Below the pieces are notes generated by a model. That model made no database searches and had not been told where the DNA came from. It worked only from the letters and a program-made list of their open reading frames with translations. This document shows positions 48,331 to 56,612 of a stretch of 64,000 nt of DNA, piece after piece. The stretch spans positions 17,873 to 81,872 of the forward strand of contig CACNXK010000002.1 of the NCBI GenBank assembly GCA_902624425.1, read 5' to 3'. Positions within the stretch are counted from its first letter, which is position 1, and each line of letters begins with the position of its first letter. The DNA comes from an uncultured SAR86 cluster bacterium. Lineage in GTDB: Bacteria; Pseudomonadota; Gammaproteobacteria; Magnimaribacterales; D2472. The position numbers and the translations under genes are program-made.

Positions 48331-48780
48331 ATGCGAAAAAATCGATCTTCAACCCCTTGTATTGGCATATGTTCGACCACTTTTGGTGATGATGTTTGTA
48401 AGGGTTGCAAAAGATTTTCTCATGAAATTACAAGTTGGGGTAAGTTCTCGAATGATGAGAGAGCTTTTGTTAACCGAAGACTTGAACAGTTTAAGTCTAC
48501 GCTTTTAGAAGAAAAATTCACTATCATTGACGGCAACCTTTTTGAGAGCAAGATGAATGAATTTTCAATCAACTACAATGGTTCTTTAGAGCCTATAACT
48601 TGGATTTTCGATTTGCTGCGTGCCTCAGTAAGTAAAGACTTAAATCTTGATGATTTTGGTATCGAAATAAAGCCTGAATTTTCGAATCTGTCTCTTGTTG
48701 AAATACGTAAACTAATAAATGATGAAATGCTTCAACTATCGGAAGCCCATTACTCTAAATTTTTTAATAGAGCTACCTAA
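48331..48780 (+). CDS. DUF1289-like Cys-cluster protein with about 100-aa C-terminal extension
   Basis: 149-aa ORF. The N-terminal SSTPCIGICSTTFGDDVCKGCKRFSHEI fits the DUF1289/YdhL-type CxGxC...CxGC pattern. I recognise nothing in the remainder. Confidence 0.55.
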   Translation: MRKNRSSTPCIGICSTTFGDDVCKGCKRFSHEITSWGKFSNDERAFVNRRLEQFKSTLLEEKFTIIDGNLFESKMNEFSINYNGSLEPITWIFDLLRASVSKDLNLDDFGIEIKPEFSNLSLVEIRKLINDEMLQLSEAHYSKFFNRAT

Positions 48781-50032
48781 CAACAGGTAAATCAATCCAG
48801 CTTGTAGTATATTTTGGCGATATCATATTTCTCTGTATAGGTTTAAATTTGCCTATATTTTGCGAAGCAATATAAATCTGCTTTTGATTTATATTTAATT
48901 CATCAATTACTTTCATTAACTTTGAGTTCATCTTGTAGGTATGACTTTCTCTAAATAAAGAGTTTTGTACATAGCCAATATCTGAAAATGAACTCAACAT
49001 AATACCGGCTTTGGAATATCTATAATTAGGCTTATAAATTTTTGCCAGAGTTTTTCTTACGGCATATAAAAAGTCTCTTGTATCGTCTGTTGGATAAGTG
49101 AATGAGTAGCTCTTTATGGCTCTATAGCTTTGGCTAGCATCAAAGGGGCTTGTTCGAATGAATACCGATATTGTTGAACTCTTCTGTTTTTCGCTTCTTA
49201 ATTTCTCAGCTGCCCTCACTACATAATCATTAATAACCGTATTTAGGACCTCTAGATTTGTAATTTTTTTAGCAAAACTCCGACTAACTACAATCTGCTT
49301 CTTAGTTGGGGAAACATCTTCAATTTCTAAACATCTTTCACCATTAAGTTCTCTAACCGTACGTTCTAAAACAATACTGAATCTTTTTCTTATATCCTGA
49401 GGTGGAGCATATGAAAGTTGTAGGGCATTGTTAATACCAGCCATTGATAGTTTTCTATTTAACCTTCTTCCAACCCCCCATATTTCACCAACTGGAGTAG
49501 CTTCAAGAGCCTGATTTATGTCTTTTTGATTATCTAGCGCCAAGACTCTCGATTTGATATTTCTTTTTTTTATTTGATAGCTGGCAATCTTAGCTAGCGT
49601 CTTGGTGGGCCCTATACCAACTCGAACAGGTATTCCTGTCCATCTTCCTACAGTATTTTTCAATTGTAGACCAAAGTTAAAACAGCCTACATTCTTTTCA
49701 GTGCCCGAAAAATCCAAAAATGCTTCATCAATACTGTAAACTTCGGTTTTTGGAGAGATAGAATCTAAAATATTCATAACTCTTCTAGACATATCTCCAT
49801 AAAAAGCAAAATTGGATGAGAAAACTATACCGCCTTTTCTAATATATCTATCTTTAACTTTGAACCAAGGAACTCCCATTTTTATACCCATTTTCTTTGC
49901 TTCTATACTTCTTGCTATTACACACCCATCATTATTGGAGAGTACAACTACAGGTCTTTCTTTGAGATCAGGTCGAAATACTCTCTCGCATGAAGCATAA
50001 AAGCTCACACAATCAACTAAAGCTATACTCAT
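48773..50032 (-). CDS. umuC: DNA polymerase V catalytic subunit (Y-family)
   Basis: 419-aa ORF. The N-terminus MSIALVDCVSFYASCERVFRPDLKERPVVVLSNNDGCVIARS is colinear with E. coli UmuC (MFALCDVNAFYASCETVFRPDL..PVVVLSNNDGCVIARS). ATGA overlap with umuD. Confidence 0.93.
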   Translation of the reverse strand: MSIALVDCVSFYASCERVFRPDLKERPVVVLSNNDGCVIARSIEAKKMGIKMGVPWFKVKDRYIRKGGIVFSSNFAFYGDMSRRVMNILDSISPKTEVYSIDEAFLDFSGTEKNVGCFNFGLQLKNTVGRWTGIPVRVGIGPTKTLAKIASYQIKKRNIKSRVLALDNQKDINQALEATPVGEIWGVGRRLNRKLSMAGINNALQLSYAPPQDIRKRFSIVLERTVRELNGERCLEIEDVSPTKKQIVVSRSFAKKITNLEVLNTVINDYVVRAAEKLRSEKQKSSTISVFIRTSPFDASQSYRAIKSYSFTYPTDDTRDFLYAVRKTLAKIYKPNYRYSKAGIMLSSFSDIGYVQNSLFRESHTYKMNSKLMKVIDELNINQKQIYIASQNIGKFKPIQRNMISPKYTTSWIDLPVVR

Positions 50033-50460
50033 GTAAATTGATTAATAACCGAAGTTACCAATCCAGTAACTTCAAAATCTATCTGACTATTTATGTAAAT
50101 CGGTTTATATCCTTTATTTTCTGCAACCAGACATAGCTTGGGTTTAGTTTTAAGTCTTCTGCAAACAAACTCACCGTCAACTGCTGCTACTATAATGCTA
50201 TTGTGGGAGGGCTTAATACTTCTATCTATAATTAAAGTTGCACCATCATTGATGCCTGCACCTATCATTGATTTTCCACTTACCCTTACAAGAAAAGTGG
50301 CAGCATTATTTTTTATTAGATATTTATTTAAATCTATGGGCGACTCTATGAAATCACTTGCAGGACTTGGGAATCCTGCGTGCACCATATCCTGGAAATA
50401 TGGCAGCATTAGCTCAGATAAATTATCTGCGATCACCGTACCGATGTAATTAATTTTCAT
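50029..50460 (-). CDS. umuD: DNA polymerase V accessory subunit, LexA-like self-cleaving S24 peptidase
   Basis: 143-aa ORF with VHAGFPSPASDF (Ala-Gly cleavage context), Ser in SGKSM and Lys in CRRLK. Confidence 0.92.
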   Translation of the reverse strand: MKINYIGTVIADNLSELMLPYFQDMVHAGFPSPASDFIESPIDLNKYLIKNNAATFLVRVSGKSMIGAGINDGATLIIDRSIKPSHNSIIVAAVDGEFVCRRLKTKPKLCLVAENKGYKPIYINSQIDFEVTGLVTSVINQFT

Positions 50461-50479
50461 AATATAGGAATGTTAAAAA

Positions 50480-50499
50480 TACTGTATAAATATACAGTA
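50480..50499. promoter_or_regulatory. LexA operator (SOS box) of umuDC
   Basis: TACTGTATAAATATACAGTA has CTGT-N8-ACAG. It is an almost perfect 20-bp palindrome, one position off the E. coli consensus. Confidence 0.9.
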
Positions 50500-50517
50500 C
50501 TTTTAGAGGGGTTTCAA
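50489..50517 (-). promoter_or_regulatory. Predicted sigma70-type umuDC promoter (-35 TTGAAA, 17-nt spacer, -10 TATATT)
   Basis: Reverse-complementing 50461-50521 gives AGCA TTGAAA CCCCTCTAAAAGTACTG TATATT TATACAGTA.... The SOS box spans the spacer and the -10. The -35 starts 5 nt after the lpxH stop. Confidence 0.6.
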
Positions 50518-50521
50518 TGCT

Positions 50522-51250
50522 TTATTGGATCTTAAATTTGAATAAATCAGGACCATTAATATCAAGTTTTAAACACCAGCCAAAAGTATCCCAATCGCCT
50601 AAAACAATGCGCTGCGTTGAAAAATCTTCATACTCTAAATCATGCAGATCAGGTCTATGGGTATGACCATGAATAAACAGACCTGGCTTCTCTTTTTGAA
50701 GAAATAAGTCTACATCACTTAGGTTTACATCAGTAATTTCAGAAGACTTGTCCTTGCTGGCAGAATTACTAGCATCTCTCATGCTATCAGCAATCTTCTT
50801 TCTTTCATGCAAAGGCTTACTGAGGAATTCACTTTTCCAAGAAGGAGAGCGAACCTGCTCTCTGAATTCCATATATTCTGAATCATTTGTACAGAGAAAA
50901 TCTCCATGACTTATGACAACTTTCATTTCATTGAATATCATAGAGAAGGGATCTTCAAGAATTTCAATATTAGTTGAGGATGCAAATTCCTTATCAAGAA
51001 GAAAATCTCTATTACCAGCAATAAAAAATAATTTATTTCCTTCGTTCGTAAAATCAAGAAGCTTCGATTTCACAACTGCAGCAAGCTCGCTATCATCATC
51101 ATCACCAATCCAAACTTCAAACAAGTCACCAAGAATATAAAGACTAGTAGGAGTATCAATTTTATTATCTAAAAGATCAAAAAATGATCTTGTAATAGGA
51201 GAATCAACTGAACTTAAGTGGATATCAGAAATGAAATAAATTGGATTCAT
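50522..51250 (-). CDS. lpxH: UDP-2,3-diacylglucosamine diphosphatase
   Basis: 242-aa ORF with metallophosphoesterase motifs FISDIHL, ILGDLFE, AGNRDF, SHGD and IHGHTH. Adjacent to ppiB, as in E. coli. Confidence 0.9.
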   Translation of the reverse strand: MNPIYFISDIHLSSVDSPITRSFFDLLDNKIDTPTSLYILGDLFEVWIGDDDDSELAAVVKSKLLDFTNEGNKLFFIAGNRDFLLDKEFASSTNIEILEDPFSMIFNEMKVVISHGDFLCTNDSEYMEFREQVRSPSWKSEFLSKPLHERKKIADSMRDASNSASKDKSSEITDVNLSDVDLFLQKEKPGLFIHGHTHRPDLHDLEYEDFSTQRIVLGDWDTFGWCLKLDINGPDLFKFKIQ

Positions 51251-51762
51251 TCCATAATCGTAATCGACTGGATAAGTATTGGATCATTAGGCACATCTGC
51301 ATACTGTTGGAAGTTTCCAGTATCAACCACAGCAATAGCATCAACGACATCCATACCATCAGTTACTTTCCCAAAAACAGCATATCCCCAACCACGCATA
51401 GTTTCTGATGAGTGGTTTAAGAAACTATTGTCTTTATGATTAATAAAAAACTGACTTGTAGCTGAATGAGGATCATTGGTTCTCGCCATTGCAATTGTAC
51501 CTCTATCATTTGGCAAGCCATTATTTGCTTCATTTTGTATCGGCTGAGTGCCAGAAGGTTTTGTTCTCATATCGGCAGTTAAGCCACCACCTTGCACCAT
51601 AAAACCATCAATTACCCTATGAAAGATAGTCTCATCATAGTATCCAGATTCAACCAAATTAATAAAATTCTCAACCGTAGTAGGCGCTTTTTCCTTATCA
51701 AGCTCCAGACTAATATCACCCAGTGAAGTTGAAATAACCACTGCTATAACTGTTTTTGTCAT
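51247..51762 (-). CDS. ppiB: Peptidyl-prolyl cis-trans isomerase B (cyclophilin type)
   Basis: 171-aa ORF with [20 protein letters not shown] and SQFFIN. Confidence 0.92.
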   Translation of the reverse strand: MTKTVIAVVISTSLGDISLELDKEKAPTTVENFINLVESGYYDETIFHRVIDGFMVQGGGLTADMRTKPSGTQPIQNEANNGLPNDRGTIAMARTNDPHSATSQFFINHKDNSFLNHSSETMRGWGYAVFGKVTDGMDVVDAIAVVDTGNFQQYADVPNDPILIQSITIME

Positions 51763-51796
51763 ACTTATTCCTTTTAAATTTAAATATTTTCTAATA

Positions 51797-52900
51797 CTAG
51801 TTTATTTGCCATTTAGAGGCAATCCGATCCTCTATAATTTCTTCAGTAAGACCATAATCTTTTAGTTCATATTCATGCTTTCCATGCTTATGTTTCTTGT
51901 GATTTTTGATATAAGTTTCCATCTTAATTTTTATGCCTTCCTCAAATGGCTTGTCAATAAAATCATAAATATTCTCCATTGTCGCAATTGGATCTTTAAT
52001 GAAATCAGCATAATCTATGTCGAGGTTTGTCGATGAATCAAGCAAAGTTCTACCTTCTTGATTTTTTAATATTGCATTTTCCCAAAATTCAATAGTCTGT
52101 TTACCAATAAGATCCCTATCGACCTGATTACATAAACCATTCCAAAGTTTTTCAGTCAGGCTGCAGGTTGAGGTTATTGATTTTATTGGATCTCTAAAGA
52201 TATGAACGAATCTTGCCTTGGGATAAGTCTTTAAAATTTCAGGAATATGTTCAATATGTGATGGATCTTTAAATAGCCAGTTTTTTGGTCTTCCTGAAAG
52301 TTCTAAAATTTGAAAGAACTTTTTATGCCATTCAAAAACGTTAGTAAAGTCAGTTTCCATAAGGAACTTTTTATAGTTTGGTAGATGTGACATATAAATA
52401 TAAACAACACTCTTTGCAGTAACTGTATTGAACTGCTCACATTCTTCCGGAGATAAAGCTCTCAATTTATGCATAGTATCCAGCATCGGAACTACAAGCC
52501 TTGCAAAACGAAGCTCAGCATCGGTTGCAAAGATTCTTAGTGATTCTCTCCAACTATCTTTTTCTAACCAGGGCAGTGGTCTTGTAATTTCCCAGTAAAG
52601 CGGACTTCTATTATCTGTGTCATTACAAAGTATGTCGAAAAGGAAAGTAGTTCCTGATCGAGGAAGACCTGTGACAATAACTGGCGCCGCTGGATCTGGC
52701 ATATCTTTATATTGCGAGAACTTATGAATTTTCTCTCTGACATTCATTCGATTATGTAATTGGTGCATGAATGCAATAATGCCAAAAATATTTATTTCAT
52801 CATTTGCATTAATGTCGTTAACTAAAAGTTCCAATGCCTCAACAAATTCAGGTTCATGAGAAGTGGTTTTGTGAAGCAGTCTATCTTTTGATATTTTCAT
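51797..52900 (-). CDS. Sulfotransferase family protein
   Basis: 367-aa ORF with the PAPS 5'-phosphosulfate-binding loop [11 protein letters not shown] and a downstream RDP..S region typical of cytosolic-type sulfotransferases. Confidence 0.7.
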   Translation of the reverse strand: MKISKDRLLHKTTSHEPEFVEALELLVNDINANDEINIFGIIAFMHQLHNRMNVREKIHKFSQYKDMPDPAAPVIVTGLPRSGTTFLFDILCNDTDNRSPLYWEITRPLPWLEKDSWRESLRIFATDAELRFARLVVPMLDTMHKLRALSPEECEQFNTVTAKSVVYIYMSHLPNYKKFLMETDFTNVFEWHKKFFQILELSGRPKNWLFKDPSHIEHIPEILKTYPKARFVHIFRDPIKSITSTCSLTEKLWNGLCNQVDRDLIGKQTIEFWENAILKNQEGRTLLDSSTNLDIDYADFIKDPIATMENIYDFIDKPFEEGIKIKMETYIKNHKKHKHGKHEYELKDYGLTEEIIEDRIASKWQIN

Positions 52901-52988
52901 TAATCTTCTTTAATAGTATCAAAATATTTTTTCAATTTCTTTGAATCTGGTGGTATTGTATTTACTCAAAAATTTTTTGGAGAAAACT

Positions 52989-53420
52989 ATGAAAAAGATT
53001 TTATTCTTATCACTTTTGGCGCCGTTCTTTACTGTAGCTGAACTTTGGGTTGACTATGAACCTGCTGAGCAAGTTACAGAAATGACTGTAGTAAAAGTAA
53101 AGCCAAATATGGTTGATGATTACCTTATGGGAATTAAAAGAACTTGGGTAGATTCATGTGAAATACAAAAGGAACTTGGACACATTGTTGGTTGTGCAGT
53201 TTATACAGCAAATACTGCTGGAACAGATCCAAATGTTTTCTTAACAATAACATATGAAAACCTAGCTGCTATGGGTCCTGATAAAGAAAAATATGAGGAA
53301 TTTATGAAGGCATGGAGAAAAAAGATCTCCGAAGATGATCAGAGTGAAATAGCTGGCGGCTATGGTGACATGAGAGAAATTGTTGACCTTGTTGTTTTAA
53401 GAAAAGTAAACTTTAAATAA
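52989..53420 (+). CDS. Hypothetical secreted protein (possible small alpha/beta-barrel fold)
   Basis: The ATG at 52989 is preceded by GGAG at a 6-nt spacing and gives a signal peptide (MKKILFLSLLAPFFTVA). The longest ORF starts at TTG 52941. I recognise no family. Confidence 0.55.
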   Translation: MKKILFLSLLAPFFTVAELWVDYEPAEQVTEMTVVKVKPNMVDDYLMGIKRTWVDSCEIQKELGHIVGCAVYTANTAGTDPNVFLTITYENLAAMGPDKEKYEEFMKAWRKKISEDDQSEIAGGYGDMREIVDLVVLRKVNFK

Positions 53421-53427
53421 TCTTATC

Positions 53428-53455
53428 TGGGCAGGACAATCCTGCCCAAATTTTT
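53428..53455 (+). terminator. GC-rich stem-loop plus T-tract (intrinsic terminator-like)
   Basis: TGGGCAGG-ACAAT-CCTGCCCA is followed by AA TTTTT. It is the only GC-rich hairpin I found in the window. It ends 5 nt before the ATG of the next gene, so it may attenuate rather than fully terminate. Confidence 0.7.
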
Positions 53456-53459
53456 CATT

Positions 53460-53876
53460 ATGAATATTCTATTCCTTTGTGTTGGAAATTCTGCCAGAAG
53501 CCAAATTGCCGAAGGCTTAGCTAAATCAATGATGGGCTCTGAACACAATATACAAAGTGCAGGCTCTCAGCCAAGTGGATTAGTGCATCAAAATGCTATT
53601 TCTACTATGAAAGAAATAGGAATAAATATTTCAAATTATGAATCTAAGAGTTTAGAAGATATTGATAAAGATTTTATGAATGATGTTGATTACATAATTA
53701 CCTTATGTGCTGAGGAATTCTGCCCAACCCTTAACAATAAAGCAAAAAAAATTCATTGGGCAAATGAAGACCCTGATAACGATAGTTACTCAAATCAACA
53801 ATTAGAAAAAGAGTTTCGAAGGACTAGAGAAAATATATTTAAGTTGTTAAAGAAATTTTTTATTGAGAATTCTTAA
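53460..53876 (+). CDS. Arsenate reductase / low-molecular-weight phosphotyrosine phosphatase family protein
   Basis: 138-aa ORF with the P-loop LCVGNSARSQIAEG (CX5R) and downstream Cys pair TLCAEEFCP, as in thioredoxin-coupled ArsC. No arsR, arsB or acr3 gene is nearby. Confidence 0.75.
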   Translation: MNILFLCVGNSARSQIAEGLAKSMMGSEHNIQSAGSQPSGLVHQNAISTMKEIGINISNYESKSLEDIDKDFMNDVDYIITLCAEEFCPTLNNKAKKIHWANEDPDNDSYSNQQLEKEFRRTRENIFKLLKKFFIENS

Positions 53877-53887
53877 TATTATTAAAC

Positions 53888-54394
53888 TTAGTAAAAGCTT
53901 ATTTCTTTTACTTTTAAATCTACATCGAAGTCTCTACCATATCCAGCGAAACTAATATCTCTAATATTACTTGGATTGAGGCGAGGGGACATCCCAGATT
54001 TCTTTTCAAAATTTGAAAAATTAATTTCAAACATTTGCCATTCTGAGGTTACATCAAATGTTGAGCTGTGATAGGCCCATGGCGGCATTCTTAAACCTTG
54101 CATGGTTACATGAACCTCATAAGTTTCGTTATTTCCTTTTGCCATAAAGCGAATACCCTTAACCTCTTTATCAACCCTTTCTGGTCTGTGGGCTAGTCTT
54201 ACAAAACCACCATTATTAACAGTAGTTACATATCCTTTAAGACTAAAAACTCCATCATCAAAATCGGCCTCAAGTTCGGACTTTCCTCCCATAACTTGAT
54301 CGGTGACAATGTACCAACTGGAAGGATTGTTTGAAATATCAGAAAAAGAGCTCATAGATATAATAAGTAGCAAAAGTGAATATTTAATTTTCAT
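53888..54394 (-). CDS. CIA30-domain protein (complex I intermediate-associated protein 30-like), secreted
   Basis: DQVMGGKSE....F.G.V.T.NNGGFV..R matches the CIA30 family. The ATG at 54394 gives a signal-like N-terminus (MKIKYSLLLLIISMSSFS). The longest ORF (TTG at 54412) would start 3 nt from the tRNA. Confidence 0.7.
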   Translation of the reverse strand: MKIKYSLLLLIISMSSFSDISNNPSSWYIVTDQVMGGKSELEADFDDGVFSLKGYVTTVNNGGFVRLAHRPERVDKEVKGIRFMAKGNNETYEVHVTMQGLRMPPWAYHSSTFDVTSEWQMFEINFSNFEKKSGMSPRLNPSNIRDISFAGYGRDFDVDLKVKEISFY

Positions 54395-54415
54395 GGTAGC
54401 AGTATAAATCAACTA

Positions 54416-54490
54416 TGGCTCCCCCGGTGTGGATCGAACACACGACCAATTGATTAACAGTCAACTGCTCTACCGCTGAGCTACAGGGGA
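54416..54490 (-). tRNA. tRNA-Asn (anticodon GTT), encoded CCA
   Basis: The reverse complement is TCCCCTG TA GCTC AGCGGTA GAGC A GTTGA CTGTTAA TCAAT TGGTC GTGTG TTCGATC CACAC CGGGGGA G CCA. This folds as a full cloverleaf. The anticodon loop CUGUUAA matches E. coli tRNA-Asn. Confidence 0.93.
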
Positions 54491-54537
54491 GCGTGAAAAG
54501 CATTATAATTAATTTTTATTTAATTAGTAAGAAATAA

Positions 54538-56547
54538 ATGATGAAAAAACTTGAAGTAGTAAGTAATTTTGATCCCGCAGGTACTCAGCCTGAGGCTATA
54601 AAAAGCTTAGTATCGGGCATTGACAATGGGTTGCTTCATCAAGTCCTATTAGGCGTAACTGGTTCAGGCAAAACATATACCATGGCTAAAGTTATTGAGG
54701 AAACTCAGCGTCCAGCAATAATCATGGCGCATAACAAAACTCTTGCTGCTCAGCTTTATGGCGAATTTAGAGATTTCTTTCCAAATAATTCAGTTGAGTA
54801 CTTTGTTTCTTATTATGATTATTATCAACCAGAGGCTTATGTTCCATCTTCAGATACATACATAGCCAAAGATGCATCTATCAACGAACATATTGAGCAA
54901 ATGCGATTATCTGCAACTAAAGCATTAATAGAAAGAAAAGATGCAATTGTGGTTGCAACAGTTTCATCAATATATGGATTGGGCGCACCTGAATCATATC
55001 TTGAAATGGTTATGCATCTTGATAGGGGAGATGTAGTTGACCAAAGGCAGCTCCTAAAAAAATTATCTGTTATGCAATATACAAGGAATGACCTTGATTT
55101 CAGAAGATCAACTTTCCGGGTGCGAGGCGATACCATTGATGTCTATCCAGCAGACTCAGAAAGAGAAGCATTGCGTATTCAAATGTTTGGAGATGAAATT
55201 GAGAGTCTGTTGTGGATAGATTCGCTAACCGGCGAAATCATTTCAGAGACACCAAGAGCAACTATCTTCCCAAAGACTCATTACGTAACTCCAAGGGAAA
55301 AAATAAATGCCTGTATACCAGTTATTGAAGAAGAGTTAAAAGATCGACTTGCCTCTCTTAAGGAAGACAATAAATTGGTTGAGGCACAAAGGCTTCAAGA
55401 AAGAACTCAATATGATTTAGAAATGATGCGAGAGCTTGGTTATTGCCAAGGAATTGAAAACTACTCTCGATATCTCTCTGGAAGAGAGCCAGGCGAACCG
55501 CCGCCTTGTTTGTTTGATTATGTTCCAAAAGATGCATTAGTTTTTATTGATGAGTCTCATGTGACTGTTCCTCAAATAGGAGCAATGTATAAAGGTGACA
55601 GATCAAGGAAAGAAACATTGGTAGAGTATGGATTTAGGCTTCCATCGGCTGTTGATAATAGACCTCTCAGATTTGAAGAATGGGAATTACTGGCATCTCA
55701 GAGAATATATGTTTCAGCGACGCCAAATAAATACGAATCAGAAAGAAATGATAACTTAGTTGAACTTCTTGTAAGACCAACTGGCCTAACTGATCCTGAA
55801 GTCGAAATTAGGCCTGCAACTTCGCAAATTGATGATGTGATTGGAGAATGTAATGAAAGGGCAGCACTTAAAGAAAGGGTGCTAATTACTACTTTAACTA
55901 AAAGGATGGCAGAGGATTTAACAGATTATTTGAATGAAAATGATATAAAAACCAGATACATGCATTCAGACATTGATACAGTTGAGAGAGTAGAAATAAT
56001 TAGAGATCTCAGACTTGGAAAATTTGATGTTCTAGTCGGTATAAATTTGTTGAGAGAAGGGCTAGATATTCCTGAAGTAAGTCTAGTAGCAATTCTTGAT
56101 GCAGACAAAGAAGGTTTTTTAAGATCAGAAACTACTCTTATACAAACCATAGGAAGGGCTGCAAGAAACTTAAGAGGAAAAGCAATTCTGTATGCTGATA
56201 AAAAAACCGGATCGATGGAGAGAGCATTAGCAGAAACTTCGAGAAGGAGAGAGATTCAGCAGAATTTTAATGAAAAAAATAACATCAAACCTCAATCTAT
56301 CAAGAAAGAGGTGAAAGATATTATGGAGGGGGCAAGAGTTAATAAAAGAGCCTCCAAAAATAGGCCTCAAGACTACTCTAAAGACTTGAAATTTAGCATA
56401 AAAGAATCAAACCCCGATGAAATTTCAAAATCTATCAATAAGCTTGAAGAGCAGATGTATAAGTATGCAAATCAAACTGAGTTTGAAAAGGCTGCTTATT
56501 GTAGGGATAAAATTAAAGAACTTAAAAGAAAGTTAATAGAAGTCTAG
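54538..56547 (+). CDS. uvrB: Excinuclease ABC subunit B
   Basis: 669-aa ORF with Walker A GVTGSGKT and helicase motifs (FIDESH, ATP). A C-terminal UVR domain ([16 protein letters not shown]) is present. Confidence 0.95.
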   Translation: MMKKLEVVSNFDPAGTQPEAIKSLVSGIDNGLLHQVLLGVTGSGKTYTMAKVIEETQRPAIIMAHNKTLAAQLYGEFRDFFPNNSVEYFVSYYDYYQPEAYVPSSDTYIAKDASINEHIEQMRLSATKALIERKDAIVVATVSSIYGLGAPESYLEMVMHLDRGDVVDQRQLLKKLSVMQYTRNDLDFRRSTFRVRGDTIDVYPADSEREALRIQMFGDEIESLLWIDSLTGEIISETPRATIFPKTHYVTPREKINACIPVIEEELKDRLASLKEDNKLVEAQRLQERTQYDLEMMRELGYCQGIENYSRYLSGREPGEPPPCLFDYVPKDALVFIDESHVTVPQIGAMYKGDRSRKETLVEYGFRLPSAVDNRPLRFEEWELLASQRIYVSATPNKYESERNDNLVELLVRPTGLTDPEVEIRPATSQIDDVIGECNERAALKERVLITTLTKRMAEDLTDYLNENDIKTRYMHSDIDTVERVEIIRDLRLGKFDVLVGINLLREGLDIPEVSLVAILDADKEGFLRSETTLIQTIGRAARNLRGKAILYADKKTGSMERALAETSRRREIQQNFNEKNNIKPQSIKKEVKDIMEGARVNKRASKNRPQDYSKDLKFSIKESNPDEISKSINKLEEQMYKYANQTEFEKAAYCRDKIKELKRKLIEV

Positions 56548-56612
56548 ATTGCTAATGTTTGAGTAAAGTTTTTATCCTATAATTGCATTAAGGTTTTTTT
56601 AATCTTTAATAA

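Noticed and set aside
48773-50521. umuDC as part of a mobile element or integrative element cargo.
   Set aside because: There are no transposase, integrase or conjugation genes and no flanking inverted or direct repeats. The genes are tightly packed between lpxH and a chromosomal gene, with overlaps typical of the rest of the window.
51797-54490. tRNA-Asn as the attachment site of a genomic island.
   Set aside because: No integrase or recombinase is present. By eye I found no direct repeat of the tRNA 3' half, and no obvious compositional break. I kept only the weaker observation of an accessory-looking patch.
54491-54537. Palindromic ATTATAAT (54502-54509) as a shared -10 element for divergent tRNA-Asn and uvrB promoters.
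   Set aside because: The distances are plausible (11 nt to the tRNA 5' end, 28 nt to the uvrB ATG). However, the -35 matches are poor and the motif is trivial in AT-rich DNA. No LexA box is present upstream of uvrB.
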